A stretch of 64,000 bases of DNA from assembly GCF_032444005.1 (NCBI RefSeq), contig NC_091282.1, forward strand, positions 831,854,001 to 831,918,000. The letters are read 5' to 3'. Within the stretch, counting starts at the first letter, position 1. Each line of letters starts with the position of its first letter. Below are positions 26,393-38,757 of the stretch, piece by piece. This DNA comes from Ranitomeya imitator. Taxonomy: Eukaryota. Under the pieces are notes generated by a model. It was not told where the DNA came from. It did no database searches and was given only the letters and a program-made list of their open reading frames with translations. The translations under genes were made by a program, and so were the position numbers.

Positions 26393-26465
26393 AACCCTAA
26401 CCCCAACCCTAACCCTAGCCCTAGCCCTAACCCTAGCACTAACCCTAGCACTAACCCTAGCACTA
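26393..26465 (+). repeat. Interstitial telomere-like (CCCTAA/CCCTAG/CACTAA)n tract
   Basis: aaccctaaccccaaccctaaccctagccctagccctaaccctagcactaaccctagcact... Confidence 0.85.
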
Positions 26466-28040
26466 ATGGGAAAATGGAAATAAATACATTTTTTTACATT
26501 TTATTATTTTTCCCTAACTAAGGGGGTGATGAAGGGGGGTTTGATTTACTTTTATATCGTTTTTTTGGCGGATTTTTATGATTGGCAGCCGTCACACACT
26601 AAAAGACGCTTTTTATTGCAAAAAATAGTTTTTGCATCACCACATTTTGAGAGCTATAATTTATCCATATTTTGGCCCACAGAGTCATGTGAGATCTTGT
26701 TTTTTGCGGGATGAGTTGACGTTTTTATTGGTAACATTTTCAGGCAGATGACATTTTTTGATCGCTTTTTATTCCGATTTTTGGGAGGCGGAATGAACAA
26801 AAACCAGCAATTCCTGAATTTCTTTTAGGGGGGGCGTTTATACCGTTCCACGTGTGGTAAAATGGATAAAGCAGTTTTATTCTTCGGGTCAGTACGATTA
26901 CAGCGATACCTCATTTATGTAATTTTTTTTATGTTTTGGCGCTTTTACACAATAAAAACTATTTTATATAAAAAAATAATTGTTTTTTGCATCGCATTAT
27001 TCTGAGAGCTATAACTTTTTTATTTTTCTGCTGATGATGCTGTATGGCGGCTTTTTTTTTGCGGGACAAGATGACGTTTTCAGCGGTACCATGGTTATTT
27101 ATATCCGTCGTTTTGATCGCGTGTTATTCCACTTTTTGTTCGCCTGTATGATAATAAAGCGTTGTTTTTTGCCTTGTTTTTTTTTTTTTTGCGGTGTTCA
27201 CTGAAGGGGTTAACTAGTGGGATAGTTTTATAGAGCGGGTCGTTACGGACGCGGCGATACCAAATATGTGTACATTTATTGTTTTTTTTTTTTTTACATA
27301 AATAAATGGATTTATTGGGAAATGTTTTTTTTTTTTTATTTGGGGATTTTTTTTTATTTTTTTTTACACATTCTATTTTTTTTTTTTTTTACTTTCTAAC
27401 ATTGTCCCAGGGTGGGACATCTCTGTATTAGATCAGATCGTTGATCTGACACTGTGCATAGCACAGTGTCAGATCAACGATCTGACAGGCAGCTTAGCTG
27501 GCTTCCAGCGCCTGCTCTCAGCAGGCGCCGGCTAGCCAGGTCACTTCATGACCCGGAAGGAGTCCGGCGGCCATCTTGGATCCGGGGACTCCTTCCGGGT
27601 CACCGGAGCAACGCGATCTCATTGCGTTGCTCCGGTGGGAGAGCGCAGGGAGCCCCCGTCCCTGCGCGATCCCCCTCTATGCCGCTGTCACTACTGACAG
27701 CGGCATCAGAGGGGTTAAATGCCCGCGATCGGCGATAGCGCCGATCGTGGGCATTGCTGCGGGGTGTCAGCTGTCATATACAGCTGACACCCGCACCCGA
27801 TCACCGCGGCGCTCAGCGCGAGACCGCAGTGATCGATGCGCCGTACTAGTACTGCTGCTGGCACTAATGCAGTGCCGGCAGCGCAGTACTAGTACGGCGC
27901 ATGGCGCGAAGGGGTTAAGGTAAACACATCTTGTTAATCACAGTCCTGTATGGGGAACCTTGTTTACGACATTTCCCAGTATTTTAACTATTTATGGCTT
28001 CATATTGGTGAACTTAGCGCAAATATTACATATAGTTTTC

Positions 28041-30209
28041 TTCACGTAGTATATTGCCCAGCCACGTAGTATATTGCCCAGCCACATAGTATATTGCCCA
28101 GTCACGTAGTATATTGCCCAGCCACGTAGTATATTGCCCAGCCACGTAGTATATTGCCCAGTCACATAGTATATTGCCCAGCCACATAGTATATTGCCCA
28201 GCCACATAGTATATTGCCCAGCCACGTAGTATATTGCCCAGTCACGTAGTATATTGCCCAGTCACATAGTATATTGCCCAGCCACATAGTATATTGCCCA
28301 GCCACATAGTATATTGCCCAGCCACATAGTATATTGCCCAGTCACGTAGTATATTGCACAGCCCACGTAGTATATTGCCCAGCCACATAGTATATTGCCC
28401 AGCCACGTAGTATATTGCCCAGCCACGTAGTATATTGCTCAGTGACGTAGTATATTGCCCAGCCACGTAGTATATTACCGAGTCACATAGTATATTGCCC
28501 AGCCACATAGTATATTGCCCAGCCACGTAGTATATTGCTCAGCCACGTAGTATATTGCCCAGCCACATAGTATATTGCCCAGCCACGTAGTATATTGCCC
28601 AGCCACGTAGTATATTGCCCAGTCACATAGTATATTGCCCAGCCACATAGTATATTGCCCAGCCACGTAGTATATTGCCCAGCCACGTAGTATATTGCCC
28701 AGTCACATAGTATATTGCCCAGCCACATAGTATATTGCCCAGCCACATAGTATATTGCCCAGCCACATAGTATATTGCCCAGTCACGTAGTATATTGCCC
28801 AGTCACATAGTATATTGCCCAGCCACATAGTATATTGCCCAGCCACATAGTATATTGCCCAGCCACATAGTATATTGCCCAGCCACATAGTATATTGCCC
28901 AGTCACGTAGTATATTGCACAGCCCACGTAGTATATTGCCCAGCCACATAGTATATTGCCCAGCCACGTAGTATATTGCCCAGCCACGTAGTATATTGCT
29001 CAGTGACGTAGTATATTGCCCAGCCACGTAGTATATTACCGAGTCACATAGTATATTGCCCAGCCACACAGTATATTGCCCAGCCACGTAGTATATTGCT
29101 CAGCCACGTAGTATATTGCCCAGCCACATAGTATATTGCCCAGCCACATAGTATATTGCCCAGCCACATAGTATATTGCCCAGCCACATAGTATATTGCC
29201 CAGCCACATAGTATATTGCCCAGCCACGTAGTATATTGCTCAGTGACGTAGTATATTGCCCAGCCACGTAGTATATTACCGAGTCACATAGTATATTGCC
29301 CAGCCACACAGTATATTGCCCAGCCACGTAGTATATTGCTCAGCCACGTAGTATATTGCCCAGCCACATAGTATATTGCCCAGCCACATAGTATATTGCC
29401 CAGCCACATAGTATATTGCCCAGCCACATAGTATATTGCCCAGCCACGTAGTATATTGCCCAGCCACGTAGTATATTGCTCAGCCACGTAGTATATTGCC
29501 CAGCCACGTAGTATATTGCCCAGCCACATAGTATATTGCCCAGTGACGTAGTATATTGCCCAGCCACGTAGTATATTACCCAGCGACGTAGTATATTGCC
29601 CAGCCACATAGTATATTGCCCAGCCACGTAGTATATTGCCCAGCCATGTAGTATATTGCCCAGCCACGTAGTATATTGCCCAGTCACGTAGTATATTGCC
29701 CAGTCACGTAGTATATTGCACAGCCCACGTAGAATATTGCCCAGCCACGCAGTATATTGCACTGCCCATGTAGTATATTGCCCAGCCACGTAGTATATTG
29801 CCTAGCCACGTAGTATATTGCCCAGTCACGTAGTATATTGCCCAGTCACGTAGTATATTGCCCAGTCACGTAGTATATTGCCCAGTCACGTAGTATATTG
29901 CACAGCCCACGTAGTATATTGCCCAGCCACGTAGTATATTGCCCAGCCACGTAGTATATTGCACAGCCCACGTAGTATATTGCCCAGCCACGTAGTATAT
30001 TGCCCAGCCACGTAGTATATTGCCCAGCCACGTAGTATATTACCCAGTTATGTAGTATATTGCCTAGTGACGTAGCATATTGCGCAGCCACGTAGTATAT
30101 TGCCCAGTTACGTAGTATATTGCATAGTGACGTAGTATATTGCGCAGCCACGTAGTATATTACCCAGTTATGTAGTATATTGCCTAGTGACATAGTATAT
30201 TGCCCAGCC
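28041..30209 (+). repeat. 20-bp minisatellite (CACRTAGTATATTGCCCAGC)n, about 108 copies
   Basis: Direct. Variant units recur in higher-order blocks. Confidence 0.95.
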
Positions 30210-30663
30210 AGGTTTGTCACAGGTTAAAAAATAAAAAATAAACCTATACTCACCTTTCCGAGGGCCCCTTGTAGTCCACGGCAGCTTCCGGTCCCAGGGT
30301 TGGTATGAGCGCAGGACCTGTGATGACGGAAGATGGCGGCCGGCACGAGCGACTACGGAGGGTGAGTATAGCAGGTTTTTTTTTTAATTATTATTATTAT
30401 TTTTAACATTACATTTTTTACTATTGATGCTGCATAGGCAGCGTCAATAGTAAAAAGTTGGGGACACACAGGGTTAATAGCGGTGGTAACGGAGTGCGTT
30501 ACCTGTGGCATAACGCGGTCCGTTACCGCCGGCATTAACCCTGTGTTAGCGGTGACCGGAGGGGAGTATGCGGGCGACAGGCACTGACTGCGGGGGTAAG
30601 GAGCGGCCATTTTCTTCCGGGCTGTGCCTGTCGCTGATTGGTCGCGGCAGCCATGACAGGCAG

Positions 30664-31643
30664 GGTGGGAGCTGTGTCCCCCAACTCTCCTGTGCCAGAC
30701 AGAAAACGACAGAAAAGATGGGCGGAGCCGCCTTAGCGCGCCATAGTGCGGGCGCAACTTCCGGGATGCGGCCTACACATCGGCCGAAGCCGGTGGGTAA
30801 ATGTTTGCAACCGGCCGGAGCATTACCTTAGGGAGGTGGGCCACAGGGAAGCCACTGCAGGGCCCCATTGCCAACTGGATCTACTCACCATTAGTGCACG
30901 TCCCGGCATGGAACCGCCACGGATGACTGGGTTTCAGCGCCGAGAACAGCGGGCGCTGTGCTGTTCTGCTGCAGGTCAGGTATTGCAGCGTGAAAGTGCA
31001 GGAATAAAGCAATAACCCTCAATCCACCATTCCTTTGTTAGGGAGGTGGAGAGGAACCGTCCGCCTCCTTGTGCCATCCGCTTTAACGGTGGTGGGACAG
31101 TGGGGGCTGCTCAGATGTCAAAGAGAAGGAGCTTCTGTACATCCACGGAGTTCAAGCCCCCGGGTGGACAGGGCAAGTTGACCGGCAATAGGCCTGGCTC
31201 CAGGAGAGGATACATAGAGGCGACACTCCAGGTGCTCGCCCGTTGCTGGTGTTCGGGACCCGAAGGAACCGTCGCCCCTAAAGTGAGCTCAGGCATGGCT
31301 TCCCACGTCGCAGGAGAGGGTACGGGGAGGCGACACTCCGCGTTCTCGTCTGTTGATGGTTCGGGGGAGATCGGAACCTTGAAAGGATTCGTCGCCCCCT
31401 TCACTCCGTTAATTGAAAAATAAAAATTTACAGAAAAATAAAAAATAAAATAAAAACGATGGGGTCTGAACCATACCCAAGTGCCTCCTACAGACACTAA
31501 GCAAGAACTCGTTAGCTGAGAGCCAGCAGGAAGGTGTATACTGCAGGGGAGGAGATCACTTTTTTTGTATCACTTAGTGTCAGCCTCGTATTGGCAGCAG
31601 CATACACCCACGGTCTGTGTCCCCCAATGAGGCAAAGGAGAAA
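30664..31643 (-). mobile_element. DIRS-like (tyrosine-recombinase) retrotransposon terminal fragment
   Basis: Minus-strand terminus TTTCTCCTTTGCCTCATTGGGGGACACAGACCGTGGGTGTATGCTGCTGCC, typical of vertebrate DIRS ends from memory, followed by GC-rich internal sequence. Left boundary is approximate. Confidence 0.6.
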
Positions 31644-32762
31644 GTTATAGTCCTCAAAATAAAGCGATGCAAAAATAATTATTTTTTATATAAAATAGAT
31701 TTTATCATATAAAATCGCCAAAACATAAAAAAATGATATAAATGAGGTATGACTGTAATCGTAACGACTCGAAGAATAAAACTGCTTTATCAATTTTATC
31801 AAACGTGGAAGGGTATAAACGCCCCCCCAAAAGAAATTCACGAATTGCTGGTTTTTGTTGTTTCTGCCTCACAAAAATCTAAATCACCACACATCTACAT
31901 AAGTTCCTTGGGGGTCTAGTTTCCAAAATGGGGTCACTTGTGGGGGTTTTCTACTGTTTAGGCACATCAGGAGCTCTCCAAACGCGACATGGCGTCTGAT
32001 CTCAATTCAAGTCAATTTTGCTTTCAAAAGTCAACTGGCGCTCCTTCCCTTCTGAGCTCTGCCATGCGCCCAAACACTGGTTCCCCAGTGTATAAGCATA
32101 CTCAGAACAAATTGTACAACAACTTTTGGGGTCCATTTTCTCCTGTTACTCTTGATAAAATAAAACAAATTGGAGCTAAAGTAAATTTTTTGTAAAAAAA
32201 AAAGTTAAATGTTCATTTTTTTTAAACATTCCAAAAATTCCTGTGAAACACTTGAAGGGTTAATAAACTTCTTGAATGTGGTTTTGAGCACCTTGAGGGG
32301 TGCAGTTTTTAGAATCGTGTCACACTTGGGTATTTTCTATCATATAGACCCCTCAAAGTGACTTCAAATGTGATGTAGTCTCTAAAAAAAAATAAGTGTT
32401 GTAAAAATGAGAAATTGCTGGTCAAATTTTAACCCTTATAACTCCCTAACAAAAAAAAAATTTGGTTCCAAAATTGTGCTGATGTAACATGTAACATGTG
32501 GGAAATGTTACTTATTAAGTATTTTGTGTGACATATCTCTGTGATTTAAGGGCATAACAATTCAAAGTTGGAAAATTGCAAAATTTTCACCAAATTTCTG
32601 TTTTTTTCACAAATAGGAAACGGAGGAGGACAATTTTATATTACAGGATGATTTATGTAAACTAGAAGCTTGGGCTGACAAAAGGCAAATGAGCTTTAAT
32701 GGGGATAAATGTAAGGTCATGCTCTTGGGTAGAAGTAATAAGATGTATAACTATGCGCTTAA

Positions 32763-32952
32763 GGCCGGAGTCACACTACAGCGAGATACGGCGGAGTCTT
32801 GCAGGTTAAAAACAAGCTCTGGCATCGGCACTCTAGAGCGGAGCGTGCAGCTCCATGTATTGCTGTGCGGCCACACGCTCCGCTCTGGAGTGCCAGATCT
32901 TGGTTTTAACCTGCGAGACGCGGCCATATCTCGCTGTAGTGTGACTCCGGCC
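32763..32952. mobile_element. PIF/Harbinger-type MITE inside CR1
   Basis: TAA|GGCCGGAGTCACACT ... AGTGTGACTCCGGCC|TAA. Removing it restores the CR1 frame (YALNSKTLG). Confidence 0.88.
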
Positions 32953-33593
32953 TAATTCTAAAACTCTGGGCAAAACCGTCAATGAAAAAGACCTGGGTGT
33001 ATGGGTGGATGACAAACTCATATTCAGTGGCCAGTATCAGGCAGCTGCTACAAAAGGCAAAAAAAATATTGGGATGCATTAAAAGAGGCATAGATGCTCA
33101 TGAGGAGAACATAATTTTACCTCTATACAAGTCACTAGTTCGACCACACTTAGAATACTGTGCACAGTTCTGGTCTCCGGTGTATAAGACAGACATAGCT
33201 GAACTAGAGCGGGTGCAGAGAAGAGCGACCAAGGTTATTAGAGGACTGGAAGGTCTGCAATACCAAGATAGGTTATTACACATGGGGCTATTTAGTTTGG
33301 AAAAACGAAGGATAAGGGGTGATCTCATCTTAATGTATAAGTATATGAGGGGACAGTACAAAGACCTTTCTGATGATCTTTTTAATCATAGACCTAAGAC
33401 AGGGACAAGGGGGCATCCTCTACGTCTGGAGGAAAGAAGGTTTAAGCATAATAACAGACGCGGATTCTTTACTGTAAGAGCAGTGAGACTATGGAACTCT
33501 CTGCCGCATGATATTGTAATGAGTGATTCATTACTTAAATTTAAGAGGGGACTGGATGCCTTTCTTGAAAAGTATAATGTTACAGGGTATATA

Positions 33594-35197
33594 CAGTACA
33601 GACCAAAAGTTTGGACACACCTTCTCATTTAAAGATTTTTCTGTATTTTCATGACTATGAAAATTGGACATTTACATTGAAGGCATCAAAACTATGAATT
33701 AACACATGTGGAATTATATACTTAACAAAAAAGTGTGAAACAACTGAAAATATGTCTTCTATTCTAGGTTCTTCAAAGTAGCCACCATTTGCTTTGATGA
33801 CTGCTTTGCACACTCTTGGCATTCTCTTGATGAGCTTCAAGAGGTAGTCACCGGAAATGGTCTTCCAACAATCTTGAAGGAGTTCCCAGAGATGCTTAGC
33901 ACTTGTTGGCCCTTTTGCCTTCACTCTGCTGTCCAGCTCACCCCAAACCATCTCGATTGGGTTCAGGTCTGGCGTAGCACCCCATCACTCTCCTTCTTGG
34001 TCAAATAGCCCTTACACAGCTTGGAGATGTGTTTGGGGTCATTGTCCTGTTGAAAAATAAATGATGGTCCAACTAAACGCAAACCAGATGGAATAGCATG
34101 CCACTGCAAGATGCTGTGGTAACCATGCTGGTTCAATATGCCTTCAATTTGGAATAAATCCCCAACAGTGTCACCAGCAAAGCACCCCCACACCATCACA
34201 CCTCCTTCTCCATGCTTCACGGTGGGAACCAGGCATGTAGAGTCCATCCGTTCCCCTTTTTTGTGTCGCACAAAGACACGGTGGTTGGAACCAAAGATCT
34301 CAAATTTGGACTCATCAGACCAAAACACAGATTTCCACTGGTTTAATGTCCATTCCACGTTCTTTAGCCCAAACAAGTCTCTTCTGCTTGTTGCCTGTCC
34401 TTAGCAGTGGTTTCCTAGCAGCTATTTTACCATGAAGGCCTGCTGCACAAAGTCTCCTCCTAACAGTTGTTGTGGAGATGTGTCTGCTGCTAGAACTATG
34501 TGTGGCATTGACCTGGTCTCTAATCTGAGCTGCTGTTAACCTGCGATTTCTGAGGCTGGTGACTCTGATAAACTTATCCTCAGAAGCAGAGGTGACTCTT
34601 GTTCTTCCTTTCCTGGGGCGGTCCTCATGTGAGCCAGTTTCTTTGTAGCGCTTGATAGTTTTTGCAACTGCACTTGGGGACACTTTCAAAGTTTTCCCAA
34701 TTTTTCGGACTGACTGGCCTTCATTTCTTAAAGTAATGATGGCCACTCGTTTTTCTTTACTTAGTTGCTATTTTCTTGCGATAATAGAAATTCAAACAGT
34801 CTATTCAGTAGGACTATCAGCTGTGTATCCATCAGACGTCTGCACAACACAACTGATGGTCCCAACCCCATTTATAAGGCAAGAAATCCCACTTATTAAA
34901 CCTGACAGGGCACACCTGTGAAGTGAAAACCATTTCCAGTGACTACCTCTTAAAGCTCATCAAGAGAATGCCAAGAGTGTGCAAAGCAGTCATCAAAGCA
35001 AAAGGTGTCTACTTTGAAGAACCTAGAATATAAGACATATTTTCAGTTGTTTCACACTTTTTTTGTTAAGTATATAATTCCACATGTGTTAATTCATAGT
35101 TTTGATGCCTTCAGTGTGAATGTACAATTTTTATAATCATGAAAATTCAGAAAAATCTTTAAATGAGAAGGTGTGTCCAAACTTTTGGTCTGTACTG
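33594..35197 (-). mobile_element. Full-length Tc1 transposon (1.6 kb) with frameshifted transposase
   Basis: TA|CAGTACAGACCAAAAGTTTGGACACAC ... GTGTGTCCAAACTTTTGGTCTGTACTG|TA, with ~268-bp TIRs. HTH (34315-34746) and DDE parts (33963-34376, 33655-33951) lie in shifted frames. Confidence 0.92.
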
Positions 35198-37170
35198 TAT
35201 ATTAGATTCCTTGATAGGGCGTTGATCCAGGGAACTAGTCTGATTGCCGTATGTGGAGTCGGGAAGGAATTTTTTTCCCCAATGTGGAGCTTACTCTTTG
35301 CCACATGGGGTTTTTTTTTTTGCCTTCCTCTGGATCAACATGTTAGGGCATGTTAGGTTAGGCTATAGGTTGAACTAGATGGACTTAAAGTCTTCCTTCA
35401 ACCTTAATAACTATGTTACTATGTAATATCAAAGAAATGTTACCACTATCATGAAGTACAATATGTCACGAGAAAACAATGTCAGAATCATCGGGATCCG
35501 TTGAAGCGTTCCAGAGTTATAACCTCATAAAGGGACAGTGGTCAGAATTGTAAAAATTGGCCCGGTCATTAATGTGCAAACCACCGTTGGGGGTAAAGGG
35601 GTTAAAGCACAACTCCAGCATTTTTTTTATTGTACGGCTGGAGAGGTACTTTAAATGGAAGTCCGCTGCCCCGTCTCATACTCACCTTGCACTGCCTTCA
35701 TTGGTCTCCAGCATTGCTTCGATTCGTCTCCTGTGAAAAGTGACCTGCTCGCACTTTTCATGGAGTGGCGAGAAGGTCACTTTTCAGTACAAGTCTATGA
35801 GACCATCCTCCTGGCCTCTTTCTGGCTCTTATAACGTTGTATTGAGAGCTTGAGATATAACTTCTGACTTCCGGCTGTCAGAAGCTGCGCTTACAAAATG
35901 GTGCCGTGGGACAGGAGCGGTGCTGAAAAGCGGGGAAGACGCCAGAGGGCAAGAATATCACTGGGGTTAGAGAGTTTACACTTGATGCGCCACTCCAGCG
36001 CTGAAAAAAACAAACCGCTGAAGTAAATAAAAGTCCACTGACAGGGGGTGGGACGTGTTATAGTATGTGTTCTGGTGGGATTTGTGTGGCAGGACTGCTT
36101 TTTTTGTCCCAGTCCGGCTCTGGTTAGTATCCAACTCATGCGGTGTAACTGCTTTGTTCAGAAAGCTAGGATTTTATAAGGAGAATATGGACTTTTTTTA
36201 CATCCTAGTCACACACACCGGTTACATTTTTGAGATCTCTGGAACGGGCCAAATAACTTCCAGGGTCTCGATCTGTTCTAGCACCCCAGGGTAGGGAGAT
36301 ATGTTGAATGGCTGGTCGGAGCCAGGTAGTAAAGCTGTGATTATTCTCAACACCTAGCAGGGGCCCGGCCGGATCCTATGATGCCAAAACCTCCTCCTAG
36401 GACCGTCCAGTAAGGAGTTATGACCGATCTTAGGTTTTGGAGTTTTTAGCGGCTAGATGCAAGAGTAGTGGAACTAGCTCCCCGCAATTCAGGTATTTCA
36501 TCTGACTGGTAACTAACTTTTATATTCTGCATACTTTGTCCTACCACTACTGTATTTGCATATCTGACCATTGCATACGTATAACCATTGTGTTTACAGT
36601 GTTTTGTCTAGTGTGCCTTTAAGGCAACTAAATATATAATTTAACCTTGGGATGCTCTTTTATCTCGATCTACGAATCCACATGTCCATGTCCTTGGCTT
36701 ACACCTTCCATGCTACTGGGGCTGGTTTCTGGCCAATTATAACCCCATTAACAGAATGGGCTTTAACGAGAAACTGGTGCCAGTCCTACTGGGCTGGCAG
36801 AGTTCTGTATCACTGGTGCTAGTGAAAGGGGCCACTCAGCCTCTCAGGATTGTGAGCAAGTGTGGTGCCACGTCAGCGGCTGTGTGGGCCATCCTCCATC
36901 ACTCCCTGTGCCTCCCTGAGCCTGTGTGGACACGGGGTGTCTGTGTAAAACTGTGTTAAGCTGATCTTACATATGTCCCCAGGGGGTGCGGAACGTAATG
37001 TTGGTGCAAGTGAGGAGAGCGTACCATGAACGTAATAGAGACGTCAGGCGGGGTCACAAGGTGCGGGTTCTCCACATGTGGTAGCAGCGGTGGGATTCTG
37101 CGTGATCTCTCTGGTGCCATCTTTCACACTGTATTAAAGTGACTCTCTCTGTAGGATCAACCCTCATATG

Positions 37171-37479
37171 TAGCGATGAGCGAGTATACTCATTACTCAA
37201 GTTTCTCCGAGCACGCTTGGGTGGTCTCCGAGTATTTGGATGTGCTCGGAGATTTAGTTTTCGTCGCCACAGCTGCATGATTTGCAACTGCATGACAGCT
37301 TGAATACATGTGGGGGTTACCTGTTTGTTAGGGAATTCACACGTGTTCAGCCTGTCTGGCAGTCGCAAATCATGCAGCTGTGGTGACGAAAACTAAATCT
37401 CTGAGCACATCCAAATACTTGGAGACCACCAGACCATGCTCGGAGAAACTAGAGTAACGAGTATACTTGCTCATCACTA
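37171..37479. mobile_element. hAT-type MITE (same family as 7755-8042)
   Basis: TAGCGATGAG / CTCATCACTA ends; degenerate 8-bp TSD CTCATATG / CTCCTAAG. Confidence 0.75.
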
Positions 37480-37498
37480 CTCCTAAGGTGTCTCATCT

Positions 37499-38062
37499 GC
37501 AAGTGCTTCTCACTAAATTAGAATATCATCAAAAAGTTAATTTATTTCAGTTCTTCAATACAAAAAGTAAAACTCATATATTATATAGAGTCATTACAAA
37601 CAGAGTAATCTATGGGGCATTGTCAAGAGGAAGATGAGACACATCAGACCCAACAATGCAGACGAGCTGAAGGCTGCTGTCAAAGCAACCTGGGCTTCCA
37701 TAACACCTAAGCAGTGCCACAGGCTGATCACCTCCATGCCACACCGCATTGATGCAGTAATTGATGCCAAAGGAGCCCCGACCAAGTATTGAGTGCATTT
37801 ACTGAACATTTCAGTAGGCCAACATTTCGGATGTTAAAATCATTTTTTTCAAGCTGGTGCTATAAAGTATTCTAATTTACTGAGATAATGACTTTTGGGT
37901 TTTCATTGTCTGTAAGCCATAATCATCAACATTAACAGAAAAAACACTTGAAATACATCACTATTTGTAATGACTATCTAATATATGAGTTTCACTTTTT
38001 GTATTGAAGAACTGAAATAAATTAACTTTTTGATGATATTCTAATTTTGTGAGAAGCACCTG
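37499..38062. mobile_element. Internally deleted Tc1 (MITE-like)
   Basis: gtgcttctcactaaattagaatatc / gatattctaattttgtgagaagcacctg|TA inverted ends, with a short transposase C-terminal remnant inside. Confidence 0.75.
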
Positions 38063-38184
38063 TAACATTATTACATCTATTTCCTTCATGATGTTGTTCT
38101 TTTTTAAAATTTTATACGCACTTATAGCTCCAATATCCCAATAGTTGCAGGAAACCACTAATCCCAAGCACTGGTTCTTCCTAC

Positions 38185-38340
38185 CTTGCAGCACCTGAAA
38201 TCCCATACTCAGGAGAGCGGCAACAGCAGCAACAACTAGACATCTATTCAGGGTAATTCCATTCCAGGGAGAAAATTCCTCATCTCTCACAGGTCCGACA
38301 CTTTTGGGCTCTGGCTTCTTTTTCATTGTTGTACCTGAGG
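38185..38340 (-). CDS. JSRP1: JSRP1 transmembrane-segment exon (..PVRDEEFSPWNGITLNRCLVVAAVAALLSMGFQVLQ)
   Basis: Matches the conserved JP-45 motif (human ..EELPWGDLSLNKCLVLASLVALLGSAFQLC). Donor CAAG|GTAGGA at 38185/38184. Tandem acceptors give a start at 38340 or 38334, both phase 1. Confidence 0.88.
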
Positions 38341-38429
38341 CTAAAACATAGAAGATAATATTTGTTATCAAGATTATACTTATTTATTGAAGAGAGTATT
38401 AGTTCCTGATAAAGGGTTGGTCTATTTAA

Positions 38430-38757
38430 AGGGACACTGTCACCTGAATTTGGAGGGAACAATCTTCAGCCATGGAGGCGGGGTTTGGGGGGTTTTGATT
38501 CACCCTTTCCTTACCCGCTGGCTGCATGCTGGCTGCAATATTGGATTGAAGTTCATTCTCTGTCCTCCGTAGTACATGCCTGCACAAGACAATCTTGCCT
38601 TACGCAGGCGTGTACTATGGAGGACAGAGAATGAACTTCAATCCAATATTGCAGCCAGCATGCAGCCAGCGGGTAAGGAAAGGGTGAATCAAAAACCCCA
38701 AAACCCCGCCTCCATGGCTGAAGATTGTTCCCTCCAAATCCAGGTGACAGTGTCCCT
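38430..38757. mobile_element. T2-type palindromic MITE
   Basis: TTAA|AGGGACACTGTCACCTG ... CAGGTGACAGTGTCCCT|TTAA; near-perfect 328-bp palindrome. Confidence 0.88.

Larger units (their letters stand above)
23939..27914 (+). mobile_element. Large non-autonomous TTAA-target (piggyBac-like) DNA element
   Basis: TTAA|CCCCTTCA ... GCGAAGGGG|TTAA ends. Contains a ~387-bp tandem array and telomere-like repeats. No transposase. Confidence 0.65.
32616..35425 (+). mobile_element. 5'-truncated CR1 LINE 3' end, with nested MITE and Tc1
   Basis: RT C-terminus (MSFNGDKCKVM.., ILGCIKRG..LYKSLVRPHLEYCAQFWSP..LERVQRRATK), 3' UTR resuming at 35200, and an (ACTATGTT)n-type tail at about 35410-35425. Confidence 0.9.
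31644..35601 (-). mobile_element. Inverted partial copy of the TTAA-target element, interrupted by CR1
   Basis: 31650-32615 and 35426-35601 are reverse complements of parts of 23939-27000. Ends in AAGGGG|TTAA (35602-35605). Confidence 0.75.

Noticed and set aside
27992-30220. Many MAGQYT../WAIYY.. ORFs
   Set aside because: They are translations of the 20-bp minisatellite and show no coding signal.
36105-36960. Possible LTR-like fragment
   Set aside because: No TSD or paired terminus could be established by eye, so it was left unannotated.
37961-38371. 136-aa ORF taken as a single-exon gene
   Set aside because: Only 38185-38340 is exonic. The flanks are intron and Tc1 sequence beyond clear splice sites.
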